The notes under the pieces are model-generated. The model was not told the DNA's origin. It was given only the letters and a program-made list of their open reading frames with translations, and made no database searches. A program made the translations under genes and the position numbers. A stretch of DNA of 64,000 nucleotides, taken from NCBI GenBank assembly GCA_002429045.1, contig DIYM01000017.1:5580-69579 (forward strand), read 5' to 3'. This DNA comes from Phycisphaerales bacterium UBA6054. Lineage in GTDB: Bacteria; Planctomycetota; Phycisphaerae; Phycisphaerales; UBA1924. Positions 26,773 through 37,039 of the stretch are shown here, in pieces (the first letter of the stretch is position 1; each line of letters begins with the position of its first letter).

Positions 26773-26948
26773 CCTCGAACCTCGATGTCGCGTGCGGGAC
26801 TCTTGCACGGTCCGCCAGGGCACGCCTCCGACCCGGACCGGCCCTGCCGGTTTGTCCCGCCAGGACCGCAAGCATAGCGCGACACCCCGCCCAAACACCG
26901 ATCTCGCCCTGACAAACGCCCCGCTCCCGACTACCATCCGGCACACTC

Positions 26949-27032
26949 GCCGGAGTGGCGGAATTGGCAGACGCGGTGGATTCAAAATCCACTTCTGGAA
27001 ACAGAGTGGGGGTTCAAGTCCCCCCTCCGGCA
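26949..27032 (+). tRNA. tRNA-Leu (anticodon CAA)
   Basis: Hand-folded cloverleaf. Acceptor GCCGGAG/CTCCGGC, anticodon arm GTGGA-TTCAAAA-TCCAC, long variable arm, T-arm GGGGG-TTCAAGT-CCCCC, discriminator A. Confidence 0.9.
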
Positions 27033-27068
27033 TTCGACGGGTCTCGACCGGCCACGGGGAGCGACCGC

Positions 27069-27977
27069 ATGAGCTACCGGCACGCATTCACGCTCATCGA
27101 ACTGCTGGTCGTCATCGCGATCATCGCCCTCCTTACCGGCATCCTCCTTCCCGCGATCGGCTCGGCACGGAACGCCGCGAAGCATGTCAAGTGCGCCTCG
27201 AACATGCGGCAACTCGCCCTCGGTCACGCCCTCTACGCCACAGACAACCGGGACATCAGCATTCCCGGGCGCATGGCCAAAGTCGGCGAGGCAGAAGACC
27301 CCGCCAACCACTACAACGTCGGCAACGGCATGCACTATCGACCCCGCTGGATGGTCACGATGGGCGCCAGCGCCGGGTTCCACGCCTACGCCGAGCCCTC
27401 CACGGACCCGAGCAAAGACAACGACAACAACCGCCACCTCGAACACGAGATCTTCAGCGATCCCATCGTCAGGGGCTGGACCAACAACCGCAACTACGCG
27501 CTCGGCTACAACTTCCAGTTTCTCGGAAACACCCGGCGTGACGCGACCGGCCGATTCGTACGCTTCCCCGTCAAGCTCTACAGCATGAACTCCATGACGG
27601 TCCTCTTCGCCGACACGCTGGGCACCGCCGCAACCTTCGCCCAATCAGAACGCATGCCCTACAACCCCGCCCCCCATCCCGACAAGGACGCGCGTGAACT
27701 GGGCAACCACGGCTGGTCGCTGGACCCACCACGCCTCACACCGAACAGCGACAACTGCGACGGCAGCCGCGACCAGACGACCCGGTCCGCGATAGACGAA
27801 CGACACGCCGGCAAGGCCAACGTCGCCTGGCTCGACGGGCACGTCGCCGCCAAATCCGCCCCCGAACTCGGGTATGTGCAGAGCACGAACGGACCGTTCG
27901 AGTACGCCCCCGAGGACGCGACCAACAAGCACTTCTCGGGCGACTCCACCGACAAGGACCCCCCTCCTGTCCGCTGA
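27069..27977 (+). CDS. type II secretion/type IV pilin-like protein, DUF1559 (H-X9-DG) family
   Basis: Prepilin N-terminal methylation motif ([18 protein letters not shown]). C-terminal [14 protein letters not shown] is the H-X9-DG motif typical of planctomycetal DUF1559 proteins. Confidence 0.85.
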   Translation: MSYRHAFTLIELLVVIAIIALLTGILLPAIGSARNAAKHVKCASNMRQLALGHALYATDNRDISIPGRMAKVGEAEDPANHYNVGNGMHYRPRWMVTMGASAGFHAYAEPSTDPSKDNDNNRHLEHEIFSDPIVRGWTNNRNYALGYNFQFLGNTRRDATGRFVRFPVKLYSMNSMTVLFADTLGTAATFAQSERMPYNPAPHPDKDARELGNHGWSLDPPRLTPNSDNCDGSRDQTTRSAIDERHAGKANVAWLDGHVAAKSAPELGYVQSTNGPFEYAPEDATNKHFSGDSTDKDPPPVR

Positions 27978-27998
27978 TCGCCCGCCCAACAATCGACC

Positions 27999-28418
27999 AT
28001 GCCCAAGCCCTTCCACATCGCCTTCCCCGTCGACGACCTCGACGCCGCCCGATCCTTCTACGCCGGCGTGCTCGGTTGCCCAGAGGGACGCTCCAGCGAC
28101 CACTGGATCGACTTCGACCTCTTCGGCCACCAGATCGTCGCACACCTCGCCCCCGCCACCGGTCGACCCGACCCGTCCTAGAACCCGGTCGATGGCCGCG
28201 CCGTCCCCGTCCCCCACTTCGGAGTCGTCCTTGGCATGGACCAGTGGCACACCCTCGCCGACCGCGTCAGAGCAGCCGGAGTCCCGTTCGTCATCGAGCC
28301 GTACGTCCGCTTCGAGGGCCAGCCCGGCGAGCAGGCGACGATGTTCTTCCTCGACCCCGCCGGCAACGCACTGGAGTTCAAAGCGCTCGCGGACATCCGC
28401 CAGCTCTTCGCGTCCTGA
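27999..28418 (+). pseudogene. VOC/glyoxalase-family protein interrupted by one in-frame TAG (28179-28181)
   Basis: Track ORFs 27999-28181 and 28236-28418 are in the same frame. The frame reads …[36 protein letters not shown]… with no other stop. Together the halves make one VOC-fold protein. Confidence 0.7.
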
Positions 28419-28598
28419 CCACCCAGAGCCCCCGCCGACCGCCCGGGCTCGGCACGGCTGCTCGCTCCTGCCGGTCTACAATCACAGCCCGGAAGCCGCC
28501 GCACGCACCACGCCCCGCGGCAGCACCCGAGACCATCCTGAACCCGCCCATCTGAACCAGCCCAGAAGACCGACACCAACCCACCGAGGACACCTCCC

Positions 28599-28937
28599 AT
28601 GGCCGACCAGAACCCCCAAGGCAACCCGCAGCAGCAGATCCAGCTCCGCATCGACGAAACCAAGATGACGAGCACCTACGCCAACACCATCCGCACCTCC
28701 AACACCCAGGACGAGGTGGTCATGGACTTCGGGATGAACCTGCCCATGCAAGCCCCGGGCCAGGCCCCGACGATCGTGTTCAACGTCGGCTCCCGCGTCA
28801 TCATGAACTGGGCCGGCGCCAAGCGCCTCGTGATGTCGCTCGGCAACGCCGTCCGCCAGTACGAAGAGCAGTTCGGCACCATCGAGATCAACCAGGGCCA
28901 GCAGCAGGCCGCCCCCCCGCCCGCGCCCAACGCCTGA
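28599..28937 (+). CDS. DUF3467-like protein
   Basis: YANTIRTSNTQDEVVMDFG… and …VIMNWAGAKRLVMSLGNAVRQYEEQFG match the pattern I associate with DUF3467. Confidence 0.6.
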   Translation: MADQNPQGNPQQQIQLRIDETKMTSTYANTIRTSNTQDEVVMDFGMNLPMQAPGQAPTIVFNVGSRVIMNWAGAKRLVMSLGNAVRQYEEQFGTIEINQGQQQAAPPPAPNA

Positions 28938-29104
28938 CCCGCATTCACCCACGCAGACTCCCGCAACCGATACCTCGGGTGACGGGAACTTCAGCCGCGG
29001 GCATCCTGTAGCACAACCACGCCCGCGGCCCGTCGTCAGCCAAGCCGCGAACCAACCGTGGACCCCGTCCGTACCCACACGGACCGCCTCAGGAGGAGCC
29101 CACC

Positions 29105-30121
29105 TTGACCGATCCGACGATCGCGCCGCCCGTCGCCCCGCCCGACGAGCACGACGTGCTGGAAGCCGCCCGCCCAGTCCAGGGCCTGGCAGAGCAGGTC
29201 GCGCGCGTCGTGGTCGGGCAGGAACGGATGGTCCGGGCACTGCTCATCGGCGTGCTGACCGGCGGGCACGTGCTCCTCGAGGGCGTCCCGGGGCTGGCCA
29301 AGACCCTCACCGTGACCACCCTGGCCAAGGCGATGCACGCCGACTTTTCACGCATCCAGTTCACGCCCGACCTCCTGCCCGCCGACCTGATCGGGACACT
29401 CATCTACGACCCCAAAGAAGGCACCTTCACCCCGCGCAAGGGGCCGGTGTTCGCTAACCTCGTCCTCGCCGATGAGATCAACCGAGCCCCGGCCAAGGTC
29501 CAGTCCGCCCTGCTCGAAGCGATGCAGGAACGCTCCGCGACCATCGGCGATACCACCTACCGCGTGGGCGATCCCTTCCTCGTCCTGGCGACCCAGAACC
29601 CGATCGAACAGGAAGGCACCTACCGCCTCCCCGAGGCACAGGTCGACCGCTTCATGCTCAAGCTCAAAGTCGGCTACCCCACGAAAGCCGACGAACGCGC
29701 CATCATCGACCGCATGGTTGTTTCCGAGCCCGTGGAGGTCGAACCGATCGTCACACTCGACGACATCCGCGCCGCCAAAGCCGCCGTCGGAAGCGTCGCG
29801 ATCGACGAGCGCATCCGAGACTACATCGTCGAGATCGTCCACGCCACGCGCGACCCGGCGACCTCGCCCACACGGTTCGGCCTCGACCTGCCCAAACTGA
29901 TCGAGTTCGGCGCTTCGCCCCGCGCCTCGATCTCACTGGCCAAGGCCGCCCGCGCCCACGCCCTGCTCCAGGGACGCCCATTCGTCACCCCATCGGACAT
30001 CAAATCCGTCGGGATGGACGTGCTCCGCCACCGGGTCATCGTCGGGTACGAAGCCGAAGCCGAGGGCGTCACGCCGGAGGACATCGTGCAAGAGATCTTC
30101 AACCGCGTTCCGATCCCCTGA
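29105..30121 (+). CDS. moxR: MoxR-family AAA+ ATPase
   Basis: TTG start after AGGAGGAG. Walker A is GVPGLAKT and Walker B is LVLADEINRA. QNPIEQEGTYRLPEAQVDRF is a MoxR signature. Confidence 0.9.
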   Translation: MTDPTIAPPVAPPDEHDVLEAARPVQGLAEQVARVVVGQERMVRALLIGVLTGGHVLLEGVPGLAKTLTVTTLAKAMHADFSRIQFTPDLLPADLIGTLIYDPKEGTFTPRKGPVFANLVLADEINRAPAKVQSALLEAMQERSATIGDTTYRVGDPFLVLATQNPIEQEGTYRLPEAQVDRFMLKLKVGYPTKADERAIIDRMVVSEPVEVEPIVTLDDIRAAKAAVGSVAIDERIRDYIVEIVHATRDPATSPTRFGLDLPKLIEFGASPRASISLAKAARAHALLQGRPFVTPSDIKSVGMDVLRHRVIVGYEAEAEGVTPEDIVQEIFNRVPIP

Positions 30122-30153
30122 CCGACCAGAAGCCCGCACGCCGAGGCACCCGG

Positions 30154-31056
30154 ATGCTCACCGAAGAACTCATGCAGGAGGCCCGCAAGCTGGAGATCCG
30201 CGCCCGCCGACGCGTCGACGATCTGCTCTCCGGGCAATACCACTCGGCCTTCAAGGGCCAAGGCATCGAGTTCTCAGAAGTCCGCGAGTACCAGCCCGGA
30301 GACGAAGTCCGCTGGATCGACTGGAACGTCACCGCACGCGCCGGCAAGCCGTTCGTCAAGCGGTTCGTCGAAGAGCGCCAGCTCACCGTCATCCTCGCGA
30401 TCGACTGCGGCCCGTCGTCCATGTTCGGCTCGACCGCCAAAACCAAGCACCGGCTCGCCGCCGAGATCGGCGCGTGCCTCACGCTCGCCGCCACACGCAA
30501 CAACGACTTCGCCGGGCTCCACCTGCTCGGAGCAAAGCACCCCATCCACCTGCCCCCCGCACGCGGACGAACCCACGCCCTCCGCGTCATCCGAGAGCTG
30601 CTCGCCGCAGAGCCCGCCGACAACCCCGCGCCATTGGCCGACGAACTCGCGGACCTCAGCCGCACACTCAAACGCTCGGCCATCGTCTTCCTCATCTCCG
30701 ACCTGCTCGACGATCTCCCAGAATCCGACGGGCCAGAACCCGACTGGGCCCGCCCCGTCCGGCTCATGGCCCGCAAGCACGATCTCATCGCCGTCACCCC
30801 CGAAGACCCCCGAGAACGCGAGCTGCCAAAGATGGGCCTGCTCCGCATGGCCGACCCTATCACCGGGCGGAGGGTCACCGTCGACACATCGTCGGCCCGA
30901 GTGCGCGCACGGTACTCCGCGGCAGCCAAACGCGACGACCAGGTCATCGACAAAGCGCTCGGCAGGGCCCGCGTCGATCGGGTCCGCGTCTCGACCGCCA
31001 ACCCCTTCGCCGACGATCTCGCCAGGTTCCTCCGGACACGGGACCGCCGGGCATGA
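30154..31056 (+). CDS. DUF58 domain protein (MoxR partner)
   Basis: GQGIEFSEVREYQPGDEVRWIDWNVTAR is the canonical DUF58 motif. Confidence 0.85.
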   Translation: MLTEELMQEARKLEIRARRRVDDLLSGQYHSAFKGQGIEFSEVREYQPGDEVRWIDWNVTARAGKPFVKRFVEERQLTVILAIDCGPSSMFGSTAKTKHRLAAEIGACLTLAATRNNDFAGLHLLGAKHPIHLPPARGRTHALRVIRELLAAEPADNPAPLADELADLSRTLKRSAIVFLISDLLDDLPESDGPEPDWARPVRLMARKHDLIAVTPEDPRERELPKMGLLRMADPITGRRVTVDTSSARVRARYSAAAKRDDQVIDKALGRARVDRVRVSTANPFADDLARFLRTRDRRA

Positions 31057-31958
31057 TCCGCGTTGCGCCGACCATCCTGTGCTGCCCGCTGCTGCTCCTG
31101 GCCGCCTGCCAACGCGAGCACACGCCAACGCCCCCCGTCCCCGCCGCCGAAGTGACGGCGTCCGATGACCAAGCCGGCATCCAACTCGCCCTCGCCGCAG
31201 ACCGAACCGACATCACCACCCTCGACCGGGTGAAGGTCACCATCACGCTCCGCCGGCCGATCGCCAAGGCCGTCATGCTGATCGAGCCTGACTGGGAGTC
31301 CACCGGGTGGACGCGCGTCGGATCGACCGACTCCGATCCCGTCGCGATCGACGCGCGGCGCATCGAACGATCCCGCACCGTCACGATCGAGCCGTTCCTC
31401 CCCGGCGATTACACGATCCCGTCGGCCGGCATCCAGTGGACCACCCCGGACCTGACCCGGACCCTGCAAACACCACAACTCGGGGTGACCGTCGCCAGCG
31501 TCCTCACACCCGACGACACCGAAGAGTTGGACCAGCCCGCCTCCACCATGCCCCCGCCGGCCCGAACCGATGACGACCCGCTCGCGCCGCTGATCGTCTC
31601 GCTGGTCGTGCTGACCGGCGCCCTCCTGGCATGGAAAGCGACCAGACGCCCGCCGCACACCGACCACGACCCCTCGCCCGCAGACACCATCCGCGAGATC
31701 GCCAACGGGCGGCACGAGGGACAAACCCAGCTCGCCGAACTCCACCGAGCCCTCGCGATGGCCGAGCCGATGCCCTCATCGAAGCAACGCCTCGATGAAC
31801 TCATCGCCCGCTGCGAGACCGCGCGCTTCTCGCCACCCGGGCGCGGCCCGATCGAGCCGACCGACCCCAGACAACTCGCGTCCACCGCGCTCGAGCTGAT
31901 CGTCACCGATCCGCCCGACAACGCCCCCGGCGCCGACACGACCGGGAGGGACGCATGA
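31053..31958 (+). CDS. hypothetical lipoprotein/membrane protein of the Bat operon (DUF4381-like position)
   Basis: The ATG overlaps the DUF58 stop (ATGA). Lipobox-like LLLLAAC, and a later TM helix (LAPLIVSLVVLTGALLAW). It occupies the slot taken by a DUF4381-type protein in Bat operons. Confidence 0.5.
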   Translation: MIRVAPTILCCPLLLLAACQREHTPTPPVPAAEVTASDDQAGIQLALAADRTDITTLDRVKVTITLRRPIAKAVMLIEPDWESTGWTRVGSTDSDPVAIDARRIERSRTVTIEPFLPGDYTIPSAGIQWTTPDLTRTLQTPQLGVTVASVLTPDDTEELDQPASTMPPPARTDDDPLAPLIVSLVVLTGALLAWKATRRPPHTDHDPSPADTIREIANGRHEGQTQLAELHRALAMAEPMPSSKQRLDELIARCETARFSPPGRGPIEPTDPRQLASTALELIVTDPPDNAPGADTTGRDA

Positions 31959-33016
31959 CCACCTTCCGCTTCGCCGAGCCCTGGGCGTTCGCTGCCCTCG
32001 CGGTCGTGATCCCCTGGCTGCTCATCGCCTTATGGAGACGACCGAGCTCGCCGGCGGTCCTCGCCCCCGTCTTCCGCCGGGCGCAGTCCGCGGGCTCGTC
32101 CCCGGTCGCGTGGCTCGCGACACTCCCGCCCCTGGCCCGCGTGGGCGCACTGGCTTTTCTCGCGTACGCCCTCGCACGCCCGCAACACCTCACCCAGAAC
32201 GCCGAGAGCTCCCGAGACGCCATCGCCCTCCAACTCGTGGTCGACCGCTCGGGATCGATGGACGACCCCGCCGAGTTCGAGGGCGAGCAGACCAACCGCC
32301 TCGAAGCCGTCAAGAAAGTCGTCCGCCGGTTCGTCCTCGGGGACGAGAGCGGCACGAACCCCGACCTCGACGGACGCCCGGGCGACCTGGTCGGACTCAT
32401 CGTGTTCGGCTCCTACGCCGACACCCTGATGCCCATGACCACCTCGCACGAAGCGCTCATCGACTCGCTCGAGCGAGTCGAGGTCGCCCGAGACCAGCGC
32501 GAACGATCGACCGCGATCGGTGACGCGCTCGTTCTCGCCAACGCCCGGCTCCGGGCCGCCGAGGACATCCTCAGGTCCGAGTCCGAAGACCCGGACTTCT
32601 CGCTCAACTCGAAAGCCATCGTCCTGCTCACGGACGGCGAGAACCGCGCCGGCCAGTACTCCCCCGCCGACGCAGCCGGGCTCGCCAAAGAATGGGGCGT
32701 CACCATCTACATCGTCGGCATCCGCGGAGGCACCAGGATCGGCGCGGGCCGATTCGGACGGGGCGTGCAGCCCGTCAACGAGCGGGAGATGCGAGCCGTC
32801 GCCGAGCACACCGGCGGGCGGTTCTGGCCCGTCGATGACCTCTCCGACCTGCCCGACATCTACGCCCAGATCGATCGGCTCGAACGCACCGAGATCCGCG
32901 TCAACGAGACCACAGAAATCTCCGAGCTCTACCACCAGCCCGCCCGCGTCGGGATCGCCCTGCTCGCCCTCGAAGCCCTCCTCCGCCTGCTCCTCCTGCG
33001 GAGGCTCCACGCATGA
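31955..33016 (+). CDS. batA: VWA-domain membrane protein, BatA-like
   Basis: ATGA overlap with the upstream gene. N-terminal TM helices (FRFAEPWAFAALAVVIPWLLI). VWA MIDAS motif in VVDRSGSM. C-terminal TM helix. Confidence 0.8.
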   Translation: MTTFRFAEPWAFAALAVVIPWLLIALWRRPSSPAVLAPVFRRAQSAGSSPVAWLATLPPLARVGALAFLAYALARPQHLTQNAESSRDAIALQLVVDRSGSMDDPAEFEGEQTNRLEAVKKVVRRFVLGDESGTNPDLDGRPGDLVGLIVFGSYADTLMPMTTSHEALIDSLERVEVARDQRERSTAIGDALVLANARLRAAEDILRSESEDPDFSLNSKAIVLLTDGENRAGQYSPADAAGLAKEWGVTIYIVGIRGGTRIGAGRFGRGVQPVNEREMRAVAEHTGGRFWPVDDLSDLPDIYAQIDRLERTEIRVNETTEISELYHQPARVGIALLALEALLRLLLLRRLHA

Positions 33017-34050
33017 TCAGCAGCACGCCCCTCCAACTCGCCGGCACCTGGCAACTCGCCCACCCCGCGTGGCTGCTCCTTCTGGCCCCCGCGCTGTTCG
33101 CGCCCCCCGCGCTCTGGATCGTCCGTGCCCTCAACAACCGTCGGCTCGCGCGATACGCGCACCCCGACCAACTCGAGCACCTCGCCGGCAGACCGCTCCG
33201 CCTCGTCCACATCATCCGCGGGCTGACCCTCTCGGCCGCCATCGCCTGCCTCGCCATCGCCATGGCCCAGCCCCAATCCGATCCGGTCGAGATCGACTCC
33301 GAACGGACCGGACGCGACGTCGTCTTCCTCCTCGACGTGTCACGCTCGATGCTCGCCTCCGACGTCGCGCCCACCCGCCTCGACCGCGCCAAGCTCTGGA
33401 TCAAGGACCTCGTCGCCGAACTCCGGGGCGACCGGTTCGCCCTTGTCGCCTTCGCGGGGTCGGCATCGGTCCGGTCCCCCCTGACCAGCGACAACCTCTT
33501 CTTCACCCAAACCCTCGATGAGCTCACCCCCGCCTCGGTCGATCGAGGCGGCACCAACATCGGCGACGCGATCCGCAAAACAATGGAACTCGTGGTCCCA
33601 GAACGCGACGATCGCGACGCCGGCGCCTTCACCGACCTCATCCTCATCACCGACGGCGAAGACCAAGAATCGCTGCCCGTCCAAGCCGCCCAGGCCGCGG
33701 CGCAACGCGGCGTCCGCATCATCTCCATCGGCATCGGGTCGACCACCGGAGCCACGATCAGGTCATCGGAGGGGTCACCCGACACCGTCAGCACCCGCCT
33801 GGACCCCACGACCCTCACCCGGATCGCGGGCGCCTCGCCGGCCAACGCGTATCTCGAGGTCGGGACCGGCACCCTCGATCTGCCCAGGTTCTACAGAGAC
33901 CTCATCGCGACCGCCGAGCAGGCCGCCCTGGAGCAGACAACCACCATCCAGTACACCGAGCGGTTCTACTGGTTCATGTGGCCGGCGTTCGCCCTGCTCG
34001 CCGCAGACCGCATCCTCATCCCCCGCCGGACAAGGAGCACGCCTTGGTAA
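33013..34050 (+). CDS. batB: VWA-domain membrane protein, BatB-like
   Basis: ATGA overlap. VWA MIDAS motif in LLDVSRSM…, then TDGED. TM helices at both ends. Confidence 0.8.
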   Translation: MISSTPLQLAGTWQLAHPAWLLLLAPALFAPPALWIVRALNNRRLARYAHPDQLEHLAGRPLRLVHIIRGLTLSAAIACLAIAMAQPQSDPVEIDSERTGRDVVFLLDVSRSMLASDVAPTRLDRAKLWIKDLVAELRGDRFALVAFAGSASVRSPLTSDNLFFTQTLDELTPASVDRGGTNIGDAIRKTMELVVPERDDRDAGAFTDLILITDGEDQESLPVQAAQAAAQRGVRIISIGIGSTTGATIRSSEGSPDTVSTRLDPTTLTRIAGASPANAYLEVGTGTLDLPRFYRDLIATAEQAALEQTTTIQYTERFYWFMWPAFALLAADRILIPRRTRSTPW

Positions 34051-35249
34051 CCGGAACCGTTCTATCAATCGCCATGCTCCAAGCCGCGACCCAACCGCTG
34101 CCGGACATGCGCGACCAGCCGCCCGCGCAGCAGGACGCGGCCGTCGCACGGGCACCCATCTCCCGCGAGACCGCCGAACGGCGCCTCGACGCCATCCTCG
34201 ACTCGGGCATCGCCAACAGAGAGACCGTCGCGCTGCTCCGCGAACTCGCCGAGCGTGTGGACGACCCCGAACTCGCCCCGCTGATCCGCTACAACGCAGG
34301 CGTGATCGCGATGCGGACCGACTCGCCCGAGTCGCGGTCCGACGCCCAGGAACTCTTCCGCGAAGCGGACCGCGACGCGACCGACCCCGCCCTGCGCGCC
34401 TCCGCCAGATACAACCTCGCGCACACGATCATCGACGCCGCCGACAGCCAGTCCCCCCCCGAACAACTCGAGAGCATCGCCGACATCGACGCCCGGATCG
34501 CCGCGTACCGACGCGCCGAACGCGCCTTCCGAAGCACCCTCGACGCCGACCCCACCCACACCCAAACCGCCAAGAACACCGAGCGTCTCCGACGACGCAT
34601 CCAGGAGCTCCGCGACAAGCGGGATCTGCTCGACCAACAGCAGCAGACACTCGACGAACTCGCCGACCAACTCGACGAACTCGCCGAGCAGCAGCAACGC
34701 CAGGCGGACCAGAACCGGGCACGCTCGCGACAGAACGAAGAGAACCCCGAACAAGCCGACCAAGACGCCCGCCAGCAGCAGCAGGGCCTCAGCGAGCAGA
34801 CCGAGCAGGCCGCCCAAGAGTCGCGCCAAGCCCGATCGCCCGAAGAGACCGAGTCCGCGATGCAACAGGCCCGCCAGGCCCAAAGCCGCGCCGAGCAACA
34901 ACTCGGGCAGGGCCAGACCGACCAGGCCTCCGAATCCCAGAGCGAAGCCGCCGAGCAACTCCGCCAAGCCGCCCAAGAGGCCCGAGATGCCGCACGCCAA
35001 GCACGCGGTCAGCAAGCACAGCCCGGCGGCGATCCGCAGCAGGGCCAACAGCAGCCCCCGTCAGAGCTCGACCAACCATCAGAAAACCGCGACCAAACCG
35101 CCCAGCAGCCCGGGCAGACCGAGGCCCCCGAGCCCCCAGAAGTGGACCCCATCGCCGAGGCGCTCATCGACAAAGAACGCCGCGAACGCGCCGAACGGAT
35201 GCGCTACCTCCAACGCACAGGCCGACAACGCGTCGAGCGAGACTGGTAA
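34044..35249 (+). CDS. batC: TPR-like / Gln-Glu-rich low-complexity protein, BatC-like
   Basis: TTG at 34044 follows AAGGAG by 6 nt and overlaps the batB stop (ATG at 34074 is an alternative). Helical-repeat N-terminal half and a very Q/E/A-rich C-terminal half. The call rests mainly on position in the operon. Confidence 0.55.
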   Translation: MVTGTVLSIAMLQAATQPLPDMRDQPPAQQDAAVARAPISRETAERRLDAILDSGIANRETVALLRELAERVDDPELAPLIRYNAGVIAMRTDSPESRSDAQELFREADRDATDPALRASARYNLAHTIIDAADSQSPPEQLESIADIDARIAAYRRAERAFRSTLDADPTHTQTAKNTERLRRRIQELRDKRDLLDQQQQTLDELADQLDELAEQQQRQADQNRARSRQNEENPEQADQDARQQQQGLSEQTEQAAQESRQARSPEETESAMQQARQAQSRAEQQLGQGQTDQASESQSEAAEQLRQAAQEARDAARQARGQQAQPGGDPQQGQQQPPSELDQPSENRDQTAQQPGQTEAPEPPEVDPIAEALIDKERRERAERMRYLQRTGRQRVERDW

Positions 35250-35266
35250 ACAGCCAGGCACCGACC

Positions 35267-37039
35267 ATGATCAGAACCCTCCTCACCATCCTTGTCTGTC
35301 TCACGGCCGCGACCACGCACGCGAGCGGGCAGACCCTCGCCGCCTCCGTGTCGCGCGAACGCGTCTACGTCGGAGACCAGTTGCTCTACAACGTCGTCAT
35401 CACCGACGCACGCACCAACACACGCCCCGAGGTCGATTTCCCCGCGGGCGTCACCGCGAAGTACGCCGGGCAGAGCCAGAACTCGTACACCACGACCCGC
35501 CGCGTCGGCAACCGGAACCAACGGGTCACCGTCAGCAACATCACCCACCAGTACCGGATCACCGCGCTCTCCCCCGGCATCAACACCATCCCCGCCGCGA
35601 GCCTCAAGCTCGCAGACGGGTCCGCCCTGACATCGAGCCCGGTCCGCTTCGAAGCGCTCCTCCCCGAGCCAGCACCCGACGCACCGATCACGATCACGAC
35701 CCCGCGCACCACGCTCTACGCGGGCGAGTCCATCGAGATCACGGTCACGTGGACCATGCCCGACTCGGTCCGCAGCGCCAACTTCGACACCTCCGAGATA
35801 CCCGCTTCGCTCAACCCCACGCCGGTCGACCTCTCCAACACGCGGACCGGGCGTATCGCCGAGTTCGAGTTCAGGGGGCAACGCGCGTTCGGAACCGTCG
35901 AACAGGTCTTCACCGCCGACGGTCGACAGGTCAACCAGTTCCGTTTCGCCCTCCGCATCAGCCCCGATCAGACCGGGGCCATCACCCTCGGGCCCGCACG
36001 CGTCGTCTTCAACAGACCGCGCGCCGCCGACGGCTGGTCACGCGTCTACAACGAATCCGACCCCGTCACCCTCACCGTGCTCCCGGTACCCGCCCAGGGA
36101 AAGCCCGACAACTTCTCGGGCCTGATCGGACGCTACACCCTCCGCGCCCTGGCCAACCCCACCTCGGCCAACGTCGGGGACCCGATCACCCTCCGCGTCG
36201 AACTGCTCGGAAACGAACCCCTCCCCGCACGCAACCCCCTGCCCGATCTCAAAGAACTCGACGCCTTCGATCACCTCTTCAGGCTCGCGCCCGAGGGGTG
36301 GACCGAGCAGACCCCCCGCCAGGCCGAAAAACGCGTCTACACCACCACCATCCGCGCCCTGACCGATGAGGCCACCGCGATCCCCCCCATCGAGATCGCC
36401 ACCTTCGATCCAGAGACCGGCTCATACACACCCGTCCGCTCCGATCCGATCCAACTCGACATCCGCGCCGTCCGCGAAGCCACCATCGCAGACGCGATCG
36501 TCACCCCCGGCATGCCCCCAACGACACCCGACACACGCCGCACGCTCACCCCGTCCGACCCGGCCTTCTGGGCGCCGCCCTCGATCGACGAGGTCAACAA
36601 CGCACGCCCCTTCGTGCTCGCAGATCAGCTCAAACGCCCCGCGATCATCGCGTCGATCGCCGCCGGGCCCGCCACCCTCGCCACCGCGCTCGCGTTCTCC
36701 CTCATCTCTCGCCGGCGCAGCCACCCGGCCCGCACCCGCGATCGCAGGCTCCGCGCCGCCGAGCACGAAGCACTCCGATCCACACCCCAGCAAGCGGTCC
36801 GCTCCGCCGCCAGCGCCGCCCTCGGCTGCAACCCAGAGTCCGTCACGCTCGCCGACCTCGAACGCCTTCCCACGCACACGGGCATCATCAGAGCACTGCA
36901 GGACGCGCTCGCTCCCGCCGAGCAGCCCGACCCGGGCAACCAGGCCGAACCGGTCACACCCAAGGACACGCGACTGGCCATCCGAGCGCTCCGAGCCCAG
37001 CTCAAACGCCAGCCGCACACCGCGGAGACCACGACATGA
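35267..37039 (+). CDS. batD: BatD-like (oxygen-tolerance family) secreted/membrane protein
   Basis: Only the last 590 codons of the 1173-aa track ORF look real. Signal peptide (MIRTLLTILVCLTAATTHA), long beta-rich ectodomain, late TM helix (PAIIASIAAGPATLATALAFSLI). Confidence 0.7.
   Translation: MIRTLLTILVCLTAATTHASGQTLAASVSRERVYVGDQLLYNVVITDARTNTRPEVDFPAGVTAKYAGQSQNSYTTTRRVGNRNQRVTVSNITHQYRITALSPGINTIPAASLKLADGSALTSSPVRFEALLPEPAPDAPITITTPRTTLYAGESIEITVTWTMPDSVRSANFDTSEIPASLNPTPVDLSNTRTGRIAEFEFRGQRAFGTVEQVFTADGRQVNQFRFALRISPDQTGAITLGPARVVFNRPRAADGWSRVYNESDPVTLTVLPVPAQGKPDNFSGLIGRYTLRALANPTSANVGDPITLRVELLGNEPLPARNPLPDLKELDAFDHLFRLAPEGWTEQTPRQAEKRVYTTTIRALTDEATAIPPIEIATFDPETGSYTPVRSDPIQLDIRAVREATIADAIVTPGMPPTTPDTRRTLTPSDPAFWAPPSIDEVNNARPFVLADQLKRPAIIASIAAGPATLATALAFSLISRRRSHPARTRDRRLRAAEHEALRSTPQQAVRSAASAALGCNPESVTLADLERLPTHTGIIRALQDALAPAEQPDPGNQAEPVTPKDTRLAIRALRAQLKRQPHTAETTT

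Noticed and set aside
33518-37039. 1173-aa ORF spanning batB, batC and batD
   Set aside because: The first 583 or so codons are Arg/Pro/Ser-rich and out of frame over the convincing BatB and BatC-like ORFs. Only the part from ATG 35267 (signal peptide, BatD-like) is retained.
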